From the NCBI GenBank assembly GCA_965205025.1, contig CBDBFU010000012.1, positions 224,001-288,000 on the forward strand: a stretch of 64,000 nucleotides of DNA, written 5' to 3'. Each line of letters begins with the position of its first letter. The first letter of the stretch is position 1. This stretch comes from Candidatus Poribacteria bacterium. Its GTDB lineage: Bacteria; Poribacteria; WGA-4E; WGA-3G. Both the position numbers and the translations under genes were made by a program. Below the pieces are notes generated by a model that ran no database searches, was not told where the DNA came from, and saw only the letters and a program-made list of their open reading frames with translations. Of this stretch, positions 50,232-58,848 are shown in pieces.

Positions 50232-52001
50232 ATGTGTTGGATGGGAATAGTAATAATGTCAGAATGTTTACAATCTAATCAGCAGCAACACACGGGAGGT
50301 AATTTGTTGATTTTAGGATGTTCTGACCGAAAACGTGAGTGTTACGGAAGCGCCCCAGCACTTGAAGTTTATGACGGTCCAAACTTCCAAACCCTCCGAA
50401 AGTACTTCAGGGAAAATGGATGGCCTCCCGGTCTTATAATAAAAATAATCTCTGCTAAATATAAAATCATTGACGCTACAACAATTATTGAACCCTATGA
50501 TGAGCGACTGGATAAAGAAACAGCGAAAAAAATGAGGAATCGAGTAAGGTATCATTTAAAAAAAATTGAGCACCCAAAATCTGTTTTCGTCAATATGGGT
50601 AAGAACTATTTACCTGCAATTTCTTGCATTAAGTCTTTATATAATCCTGACAGAATTGAGTATGCAAAAGGTGGATATGTACAAAAACGCAAGGAGCTTA
50701 AACAGTGGCTTGAAGGTTTATCAAATAACACTGCTACAATCAATTCTCAAGAACAATCAGATAAGAAGTCTTATCTTTACTTTTTTCCAGATTGGAATGA
50801 TTATGTTTATGAATCTTTCGATCCAGAGAAAATAGATGAAAATCGGAAACCTGAGAAAGGAGTAAAAAAGTACGCTCACGAGATATTTAAGGATGATCCG
50901 CCTTATGACGGTTTACTCCTCAGTCTTGCCCAACTGCAAACTAAAAATGGACAACTTACCCGACTTGATGAAAAAGGCTCATCGAATTTTCGAACTGAGA
51001 TGCGGGTTCCTAATAGGCTTTTATTATTCGGAGATTGCGGTGCTTTTTCATACATTGAGGATGAAAAGCCTCCCATTTCCTGTGAGGATGCGGCTTTTCG
51101 GTATAGTCAATTCGGTTTTGACCTTGGGACATCTGTCGATCATATACCGATTTCATCGATATCCAAAAGAAAGCAACGATACCGGATGGACTTAACAGCT
51201 GAAAATGCCAAAAAGTTTTTAGAAATTTGTCAGAACAACGAATACGAATTCGATCCAATTGGGAGCATACAAGGTATCATACCTAAACATTATGCTAAAT
51301 TTGCCAGTGAATATATTAAATGGGGATATGAGCATGTTGCATTAGGTGGATTAGTACGTAGACAAGATTCAGATATTGTAGAAATAGTTGCAGCTGTTCG
51401 GGAGGCATTACAGAAAAGCACATGGAGTAAAAATAAAAATATTTGGGTACATCTTTTTGGCATTCTGAGACCAAATCTTCAACCCATTTTTCGGGAACTT
51501 GGTGTTTCCAGTTTTGACAGCGCATCTTACTTGAGAAAAGCGTGGTCAAGTCCAAATAGGAGCTATTTAACTGCATCTGGAAAGTGGTACGGAAGCATCC
51601 GAGTACCTTTTAGTACATCAAAACCAATGCGCGAAGTTGCGAAATCTGATGCTAAGTTTTCTAAGAATGGTGCTATGCAGAAATTGGAAAAAGAATGTCT
51701 TACGAACCTTAAACTTTTTGATGATAGGAAAATATCAGAGGAGAAAGTTCTTGAGAACATTAATGAATATAGTGCACTGCTTCAACGAAAAAAAACATAT
51801 AACCATTTTTCCGAAAGACATAAGGAGTTATTAGATGAACGCCCTTGGAAAAAATGTAAATGTAAGATTTGCCAAGATTTGGGTATACATGTTGTAGTTT
51901 TCAGGGGAGCAAACCGTAACAGACGAAGAGGTTTCCACAATACCTGGGTATTTTATCACAAAATTCTACATAAAGGTCGCAAAATATCATCTAAAGAGTA
52001 A
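50232..52001 (+). CDS. dpdA: DpdA-type DNA-guanine transglycosylase fused to an N-terminal DUF6884/YaaA-like domain
   Basis: The C-terminal ~410 aa follow the DpdA pattern: YFFPD..D, YAHEIF...PYDG.L.S, GDCGAFSY, SVDHI, GY..VALGG.V, HLFGI.RP, SFDS, RPWKKCKCKIC..LGI.VVVFRGANRNRRRGFHN. The N-terminus reads LLILGCSDRK...ALEVYDG...IISAKY.II...IEPYD. Start may be ATG 50256. Confidence 0.85.
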   Translation: MCWMGIVIMSECLQSNQQQHTGGNLLILGCSDRKRECYGSAPALEVYDGPNFQTLRKYFRENGWPPGLIIKIISAKYKIIDATTIIEPYDERLDKETAKKMRNRVRYHLKKIEHPKSVFVNMGKNYLPAISCIKSLYNPDRIEYAKGGYVQKRKELKQWLEGLSNNTATINSQEQSDKKSYLYFFPDWNDYVYESFDPEKIDENRKPEKGVKKYAHEIFKDDPPYDGLLLSLAQLQTKNGQLTRLDEKGSSNFRTEMRVPNRLLLFGDCGAFSYIEDEKPPISCEDAAFRYSQFGFDLGTSVDHIPISSISKRKQRYRMDLTAENAKKFLEICQNNEYEFDPIGSIQGIIPKHYAKFASEYIKWGYEHVALGGLVRRQDSDIVEIVAAVREALQKSTWSKNKNIWVHLFGILRPNLQPIFRELGVSSFDSASYLRKAWSSPNRSYLTASGKWYGSIRVPFSTSKPMREVAKSDAKFSKNGAMQKLEKECLTNLKLFDDRKISEEKVLENINEYSALLQRKKTYNHFSERHKELLDERPWKKCKCKICQDLGIHVVVFRGANRNRRRGFHNTWVFYHKILHKGRKISSKE

Positions 52002-52162
52002 CATAGATGATTCTCTCGGAGAACTATACAATCCTGTAAATCTTGGTAATCCTACAAATCTTGGTTCAGACAGTACAGGGTGTGTAATCTTTTTGTCACT
52101 TTTGAAAGCACTAATAAATTCTCAATTCCATATACACCTATTTAGAGTTTGCCGATTACAAG

Positions 52163-53111
52163 GAATTCTTCACTACATTACTGCGCTTAGATATCCATCA
52201 CTGACTTACCCAAAATATAAACATTGAAGAAATCAAAATAAAATGAAGAAAACATTAACTTCTAACAACTAATATACATCTATTACATTAAAACAAAATG
52301 CATGAATATTATTTATCATAATGAAAATAAATTTGAAATTATTGGTACACTATGGCAAAATTAATCTGGATTATACCCTGCACAATAGAAGTGTTTCATT
52401 AATTATAGGTTTTATTATATGTGCTAAATTAACTATCTGGAGTAGAAGAAAATCCATGTTAGAATTACGAATAAAACATTCAGAATTGTCTCCTTATGAG
52501 AATCATCCTAAGAACATACATACTCATAATCTAAAAAAGCTGGTACAGAGGATTATTGTACCGAATTACACCATATATTTTTTTAGTTTTTTTAGTTTTA
52601 AAATTTTACACCGATTCATCAAATCCTTTGTTATCCCAATCCCCAACAGGGTTTACAGCATTTCAAAAAGTAATTTCTTAAAAAGCGATTTGAAAAACTT
52701 GAAAAACTTAAAGAACTTGAAAAACTTAAAATTTGAGCAGCAACAAACAAAACAGACGATCATACACACAAGAAAACCACTAAACGTTTCGAAGGATATA
52801 ATTACATTTCTTCTGTGGGTAAGGATTCCGATCCCGATCTTAACTACTTTACATATCCCTAAGATATTTAACATTCAAACAATTTCAAAACAATGGATTA
52901 GAAGAATAAAAAAAGACACAGCATACACTATTTTTGCAAATTCTTGTAACCTTAAAAAAGTGTCTCTAAACCCAGTGTAGTACTGACGGGAAAAAGGTTT
53001 TACCAAAGTTACACTATGTAACGAAAAGTGCAACTTTTATCAACATATAGAAAATATAAATATAACATTTGCGAACAAGAAAAACTGTAAATTAACACAA
53101 GAATTACCCTT
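52163..53111 (+). repeat. About 0.95-kb AT-rich dispersed element, copy 2 (ORF from ATG 52456 to 52980 homologous to 30651..31259)
   Basis: Same collinear blocks and orientation as 30382..31401. Confidence 0.85.
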
Positions 53112-53630
53112 AGTTCTATATAATAAATAACAAAAAGAAGCCTTAAAATATAGAATTGATGAAATATGCTTAAACAAATGTAGCATAAACTTCCAGTTTG
53201 TGCAGGTTTAAAAGCCATGTTTTACAACTGTTCATGTAGTAAACTTCTTGAAATGGTATTAGGAGAAAAATCGGTATCCAAATACAATAATAGCGTAATG
53301 TTTAGTGACAAATTATTTATACCATTTCTATTTAAATAGTTCACATTATGAATACTCTTAGTAGTCCCCTGATAAGGGGGATTTAGGGGGTTTCTTTAAG
53401 TTAATAATGGGTGATTATTTATTATATAGGGTATAAACTATCGTAAATCAAAAATAGCCAAGTTAAACATAGAATAACATATGTGATTCACGGAAAATTG
53501 GTGTACATAAAATTATAAACCCTTATAGAATAAGGGCTCACAAAATTGCTCCGTGAAGGTTTCCGTGAAAGTGAGGTTATTTCAGAACAATAAATATTAA
53601 CACTTTTTTCATTCATATCGTTCATACACC

Positions 53631-53749
53631 TAATACCATTTCTAATTGAAGATGTCTCTCTTTTTGTAGCACAAACTGTTAGTTTGTGGCGTATTAGATT
53701 ACATTTCAAAAAACCTGTAATGTGAACCCATTTTTTAGAAATGGTATTA
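53631..53749. mobile_element. MITE with 14-bp terminal inverted repeats and internal REP hairpin
   Basis: taataccatttcta ... tagaaatggtatta perfect match; core gtagcacaaactgttagtttgtg. Confidence 0.65.
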
Positions 53750-53870
53750 CATACCTCACAGAACAAAACGATTTGACATTCACATCTACAAAGGTTAATA
53801 TGTTGAAAGGCATTCTGTCGAAACTTACTTTTGCTTATTTGGTAGTTTTACAATTAAAAGGAGAAAACTT

Positions 53871-54200
53871 ATGATTCCCCCTATCACGAAACTACTCATA
53901 AAAATTGAACAACTTGAGTGGGATTTAGCAGAGGTGAAAAAGGAGTTGGAAAAACTTCAAGCACCGGTCATGAAGTCGCTTACACCCGAGGAGCGTGCAG
54001 CTGCACGGTCTGCACGAGTCCAGGCACAAAATGAGAGACTGCGACCTTTAATTGAAAAGGCATTCGGAAAACGTGATCCCGACACTGAAATCCCCACCGC
54101 TGAGGAACTCCAAAAACTTCTATTGGAGGATGGAATAAATCCAGAAGACAACCTTGGCAGTCGTGCTATCATTGAGGAGCGGGAGAGACGGACCGAGTGA
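53871..54200 (+). CDS. Hypothetical protein, probable antitoxin of a VapBC-type pair
   Basis: Strong AAAGGAG RBS and TTGACA-17-TAATAT promoter at 53773. C-terminus LGSRAIIEERER is antitoxin-like; its stop overlaps (GTGA) a PIN-like start. Confidence 0.55.
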   Translation: MIPPITKLLIKIEQLEWDLAEVKKELEKLQAPVMKSLTPEERAAARSARVQAQNERLRPLIEKAFGKRDPDTEIPTAEELQKLLLEDGINPEDNLGSRAIIEERERRTE

Positions 54201-54250
54201 ATTTCTTCTGGTTAGATGCAAACGCTTATGCTAAAAGGTACGGGCAGTAA
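54197..54250 (+). pseudogene. Truncated PIN/VapC toxin remnant
   Basis: Manual translation MNFFWLDANAYAKRYGQ* resembles the PIN N-terminus (xxLDASA..KRY). Confidence 0.5.
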
Positions 54251-54314
54251 AAGGTACCGATCATTAAGTTTTCTTTACTAATATTTCTCATAAGCGGATG
54301 TGGAGACAATAAAC

Positions 54315-54626
54315 GTGGCAAAAACACAAGTTGAAGTCTAATTCACACTTCCTATTGACGAAACACTGCTGCGTCATAAAACTAAGGCAGAGAACAAAGC
54401 AAAAGAAGTTTTTGTGCTTGAACTGCTTCGGTAATGTGACATCAGCGCAGGTAAAGCTGCCAAATTACTGAATATTCCCAGAAGGGATCTCTCAGAGTTG
54501 ATGTTTGCTGTCGAAATTTTTCCTTTTGCTGAGCAAACTGCAGAAGAATTAGCAACCGAAGTCGAAAGTACTTTAAAAGTTTTACTTAATCAACATATGT
54601 GGAAAGTCTTCAAACAGATAAATTAA
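54315..54626 (+). pseudogene. UPF0175-family antitoxin pseudogene
   Basis: MAKTQVEV*FTLP...VLELLR*CDISAGKAAKLLNIPRRDLSELM...QTAEEL; two in-frame stops; GGAG RBS. Confidence 0.65.
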
Positions 54627-54628
54627 AG

Positions 54629-54657
54629 TTGACAAAATAGTATATTTGTGGTATTAT
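54629..54657 (+). promoter_or_regulatory. Putative sigma70 promoter, possibly giving a leaderless mRNA
   Basis: TTGACA-17 nt-TATTAT with TGn extension; ATG 54665 is 7 nt downstream and has no RBS. Confidence 0.5.
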
Positions 54658-54664
54658 TTCAATT

Positions 54665-55810
54665 ATGGAAATTATGCTGGATAATTCTTTTTATGATGAA
54701 CCTACAGAATCGTCACAAGTAAAGGCGAGAATTGTTGAAAAATACTTTTGGGCTTGGGCAAATGTTATACTTGGTAGGAATTATAAAACCAAGTTAATTG
54801 GTTATGTAGATTTTTTCTCTGGTCCAGGTAGGTATGAAACCGGAACTAAATCTACTCCCCTTTTTGTCCTTGAGAAGGCAATTGAAAATGAAAAATTACG
54901 AGATAGGTTAGTTAGTGTTTTTAACGATGCTAAGTCGGACTATGCCAAAAATCTTGAGGAATCTATTAGCTTAACTCAAGATATTGACACTCTTAAATAC
55001 TATCCAATCGTTACAAATTTAAAGTTAGGGGAAGAAGAGGACGTATCTGCTCAGATTTTTGATCATGTAAAAGGTATACCGACACTATTTTTTGTAGATC
55101 CATGGGGTTACAAAGGACTTACACTCAATCTTATTATTTCCGCTCTACAAAACTGGGGATGTGACTGCATATTTTTCTTTAACTATAGTCGTATCATTAT
55201 GGGAATTAATAATCCGTATGTTGAGAAACATATGGTCTCACTATTTGGCAAAGAACGGGTGGATGATCTCCGAAATCTCCCAACTACTCTGAATTCAACC
55301 GAAAAGGAATTATATGTACTTGAAACAATAAGTCAAGCTTTGAAAGAAAATGCTGGACAGTACGTTTTACCATTTCGCTTTAAATCTGATAGTAGCAGAC
55401 GTTCAAGTCACCACATAATCTTCGTTTCTAAACATATAAGGGGTTATCATATTATGAAGGAAATTATGGCTAAAGAAAGTACAGAGTCAGATCAAGGTGT
55501 TCCTTCGTTTGAATATAATCCTGCGAGTCGTCTACAACCCTTATTATTTGAATTAACACGCCCACTTGATGATTTATCCGAGAAGTTATTGGAAATTTTT
55601 GCAGGTAGGACAATGACAATGAAGCAAATTTTTGATAGGCACAACGTCGGAACAAATTATATTTTAAGGAATTATCAGGACATTCTTATCAAACTTGAGG
55701 CAGAAGGTAAAATTCAAACTAATCCACCAGCAGATGTGCGTCCAAAGAGGAAAGGAGAAGTTACATTTGCTGAGAAAGTCAAAGTTACGTTTCCACCCAA
55801 GAACGAGTAA
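54665..55810 (+). CDS. tcmP: Three-Cys-motif partner protein (SAM-dependent methyltransferase-like fold)
   Basis: S.VKA.IV.KYF.AW, YVDFFSGPG.Y..G..STP, FFVDPWGYKG, C-terminal wHTH-like region; adjacent to a DUF5131 gene. Confidence 0.82.
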   Translation: MEIMLDNSFYDEPTESSQVKARIVEKYFWAWANVILGRNYKTKLIGYVDFFSGPGRYETGTKSTPLFVLEKAIENEKLRDRLVSVFNDAKSDYAKNLEESISLTQDIDTLKYYPIVTNLKLGEEEDVSAQIFDHVKGIPTLFFVDPWGYKGLTLNLIISALQNWGCDCIFFFNYSRIIMGINNPYVEKHMVSLFGKERVDDLRNLPTTLNSTEKELYVLETISQALKENAGQYVLPFRFKSDSSRRSSHHIIFVSKHIRGYHIMKEIMAKESTESDQGVPSFEYNPASRLQPLLFELTRPLDDLSEKLLEIFAGRTMTMKQIFDRHNVGTNYILRNYQDILIKLEAEGKIQTNPPADVRPKRKGEVTFAEKVKVTFPPKNE

Positions 55811-55837
55811 TGTTTCTACCTAAGGAGACACCTCAAA

Positions 55838-56596
55838 ATGGCAACTAAATCCGCAATTGAGTGGACACAATCAACTTGGAATCCAGTTAGAGGCTGTACC
55901 CGTGTTTCTGAGGGGTGTCGATTCTGCTACGCCGAAAGAATCGCTGCTCGGTTTTCGGGAGAAGGACTTGCTTATGAGGGACTTGCGAAAATGACAAAAA
56001 AAGGACCAAGATGGTCTAATAAGGTCAAACTTGTTGAAGAATTACTTGATGTGCCATTGAAATGGAAAAAACCTCAATTGATTTTTGTTAATTCTATGAG
56101 CGATCTGTTTCATGAAGACGTTCCATTGGATTCTATTTTAAAAGTATTCAAAACAATGAACGAAGCAGCTCAGCATCATTTCCAAGTACTTACAAAGCGA
56201 TCAAAACGCTTACTTGAACTCAATTCCAAGTTGCCGTGGTCCAAAAATGTGTCAATGGGAGTCAGCGTTGAAAATCAGAACTATACATGCCGCATTGACG
56301 ATCTGCAACAGACAGATGCACATATCAAATTTCTATCCCTTGAACCTCTGATTGGTGCACTCCCAAACCTGAATTTAACAAACATAGACTGGGTGATTGT
56401 CGGCGGTGAATCCGGTCCCGATGCGCGACCCATTGAAGAAAAATGGGTAATTGATATTCGCGATCAATGTGAACAGACCTCAGTCCGTTTCTTCTTTAAA
56501 CAGTGGGGTGGACAAAACAAAAAGCAAGCAGGCAGATTATTAGAGGGCAGAACGTGGGATGATTTGCCTCTTGCTTATAGTGGAATTAGCATATAA
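55838..56596 (+). CDS. DUF5131 / phage Gp37-Gp68 family radical SAM-like protein
   Basis: IEWT..TWNPVRGCTRVSEGCRFCYAE (Cx6Cx2C), FVNSMSDLFHE, FQVLTKR, FLSLEPL, WVIVGGESG, FFFKQWGG. Confidence 0.93.
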   Translation: MATKSAIEWTQSTWNPVRGCTRVSEGCRFCYAERIAARFSGEGLAYEGLAKMTKKGPRWSNKVKLVEELLDVPLKWKKPQLIFVNSMSDLFHEDVPLDSILKVFKTMNEAAQHHFQVLTKRSKRLLELNSKLPWSKNVSMGVSVENQNYTCRIDDLQQTDAHIKFLSLEPLIGALPNLNLTNIDWVIVGGESGPDARPIEEKWVIDIRDQCEQTSVRFFFKQWGGQNKKQAGRLLEGRTWDDLPLAYSGISI

Positions 56597-56648
56597 TACC
56601 GTAGTACATTTGTCTATCCTATTCACTTCAAAGAGACAAAAAACCACC

Positions 56649-57851
56649 ATGCGAATACTCTGTGCAAACGTTGGTAGCACTTCATTCAAATACAAAATAC
56701 TTGATATGAATACAACCACATCTCTCGTAAAGGGAGGTGTGGAACGTATAGGAAATTCACCTTCAGCATATAAGCATGAAGTGCCAGGGAAACCATCTCG
56801 CGAAGGGGAAATTGATGCTCCATCACACATAGATGCCATTTCCCATGCTATACAACTCATTACCGATCCAGATGTCGGATGTCTAACAGACCTGAACCAA
56901 CTGGACGGCGTGGGTTTCAAAACCATCCTTGCCAAAGGATATTGGCGGTCAGCACGGATCACCGAAGATGTAATACAAGCTCTGGAAACATCAACCCTAC
57001 TTGCTCCAATGCACAATCCCTTTTACATCGCATCAATCCGCGCATTTCAAGAACTGTTACCTAATACTGCACTTGTAGCTGTTTTTGAGACATGGTTTCA
57101 CCAAACTATCCCCGATTATGCCTACGAATTTGGAGTGCCACGTTCCTGGGTAGAAGACCACGAAATACGAAAATACGGCTTCCATGGGGCATCCCACAGA
57201 TATATATCAGAACGTGTACCAGCGATGTTAGGGAGGAAAAATGGTGAAGACCTTCGGATCATCTCCTGCCATCTTGGAGGGAGTTCCTCAATTTGTGCTA
57301 TAAAAGACCGGAAATCTATTGATACTTCAATGGGAGCGTCAACGCAATACGGTATGATACAATCCACACGCTGTGGGGATTTAGATGCTTTTACTGTACT
57401 GTATATGATGGATAAAGAGGGTTATTCTACCGATGAAATCCGAAGACAATTAGTTGAGGATTCAGGAGTAAAGGGTATATCGGGAACAAGTGGAGATATG
57501 CGAGATGTGGAGGCAGCAATAGAAGCTGGAAGCGATAACGCTCGTTTAGCTTTAGAGACCTATGTATACGGTGTAAAAAAATACATTGGTGCTTATATTG
57601 CAGCGTTGGGTGGAGTTGATGTTATTGCTTTCGCAGGTGGTATAGGTGAAAAGGGCACATCTACACGGGCGCAGATCTGCGAAGGTCTTGATTGGTGTGG
57701 AATACATTTAGATGAAAAGAAAAATCAGGAAACTATGGGAGAGGGTGAAATATCTGCAAAAAATAGCCGTGCAAAAATCCTTGTTGTTTCAACAGACGAG
57801 GAACTTATCGTATCTCGTGAAACAGCTCGTTTATTAACAGAAGATTCTTAG
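56649..57851 (+). CDS. ackA: Acetate/propionate kinase family protein (divergent active-site motifs)
   Basis: ILCANVGSTSFKY, LAPMHNP, RKYGFHGASH, CHLGGSSS, DTSMG, TRCGDLD, FAGGIGE, TDEE. Start ATG 56649 (ORF track starts at 56559). Confidence 0.85.
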   Translation: MRILCANVGSTSFKYKILDMNTTTSLVKGGVERIGNSPSAYKHEVPGKPSREGEIDAPSHIDAISHAIQLITDPDVGCLTDLNQLDGVGFKTILAKGYWRSARITEDVIQALETSTLLAPMHNPFYIASIRAFQELLPNTALVAVFETWFHQTIPDYAYEFGVPRSWVEDHEIRKYGFHGASHRYISERVPAMLGRKNGEDLRIISCHLGGSSSICAIKDRKSIDTSMGASTQYGMIQSTRCGDLDAFTVLYMMDKEGYSTDEIRRQLVEDSGVKGISGTSGDMRDVEAAIEAGSDNARLALETYVYGVKKYIGAYIAALGGVDVIAFAGGIGEKGTSTRAQICEGLDWCGIHLDEKKNQETMGEGEISAKNSRAKILVVSTDEELIVSRETARLLTEDS

Positions 57852-57888
57852 TCTATAGTTTTCATAATATACAATGTTAATCCTAATC

Positions 57889-58680
57889 CTACATCAGATA
57901 TTCCCTTTCTTTGAAAATACGTATAGCAATCACCATTGCCCCTACGGTAATCAAGAATATGAGCAACACCGACACCCAGGTTGCAGGTGGTGTTAGACCT
58001 AAAAGTCCATCAAATATGTCTCGTCTTAATCTATATTCAGGAAAAATATTGATAAGATAGTGCGTGACAGAAATCCGCTTAATCCCAATAGGCATTCCTG
58101 GAATTGTTGTGATCCTTTCCCAACCTAACACGAATAGCAATCCCCATAATACAGGATTTTTAAATCGTACTGACAATAAGACTGCGATAGTTCCGTATGC
58201 TAAAAGACCTAAGGTTAATGAACCTGTATATACAAAACTCATACCCAAAATCAATAGACGTTCTCTTAGTTTCGGGTGTGTTTGTACTATACCTGTAAAC
58301 AGTAAGTGAGAGATCCCTATAAGAATTGCCGCACCAACAAGATAGGCTGCGAATTTACTAAGCAATATATACGGTTTCATGATAGGTCGCATTTGTAGGT
58401 ATGTTAATCCTCCACTATCTATTTCGTCAGAGACAATTGCCGACCCGTAGAAGATAGCACACAGATTAGTTAAGAAACCGTAATATATTAGAGTCATATA
58501 GGGAATAAAACTGTTTACAGAACTACTCCCTTGGACAGTTAGGCGAAAAACAACTGCAATAACTAAAGATAATACACACCCAAGAATTATCAGTAATCCT
58601 TTTCGACTCCAATATAGTTGACGTATTGTTAGTTTGAATATGGCTATGTAAGAAGGAAATGTGTTTTGGATTGATGACAT
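57889..58680 (-). CDS. ABC-2 type transporter permease
   Basis: About six TM segments; IVSDEIDSG.LTYL..RPI....ILLSKF motif. Confidence 0.8.
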   Translation of the reverse strand: MSSIQNTFPSYIAIFKLTIRQLYWSRKGLLIILGCVLSLVIAVVFRLTVQGSSSVNSFIPYMTLIYYGFLTNLCAIFYGSAIVSDEIDSGGLTYLQMRPIMKPYILLSKFAAYLVGAAILIGISHLLFTGIVQTHPKLRERLLILGMSFVYTGSLTLGLLAYGTIAVLLSVRFKNPVLWGLLFVLGWERITTIPGMPIGIKRISVTHYLINIFPEYRLRRDIFDGLLGLTPPATWVSVLLIFLITVGAMVIAIRIFKEREYLM

Positions 58681-58848
58681 TTATAGGTTCATTCGTTGAT
58701 TTTTTCTGTCTATCATAGTAACATAATAATGCAGTATTTACAATCTAATGTTGAGTAATAATGATTTCTAATATCAGATCATATATAATCCATCAATTAT
58801 ATATGATTAATTCAAAATAGAAACGACACCAAAATTTAAAGGGTATAT

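Noticed and set aside
50232-52001. Housekeeping tRNA-guanine transglycosylase (tgt)
   Set aside because: Lacks the Tgt FMPVGT and DSGGFQ motifs and instead has the DpdA-type FFPD, GDCGAF and FRGANRNRRRGFHN motifs.
30382-53111. The two ~1-kb repeats as attL/attR or composite transposon ends bounding a 22-kb island
   Set aside because: The copies are substantially diverged, no integrase is present, the enclosed genes include typical chromosomal ones (tricorn, DUF1501), and accessory genes continue beyond copy 2.
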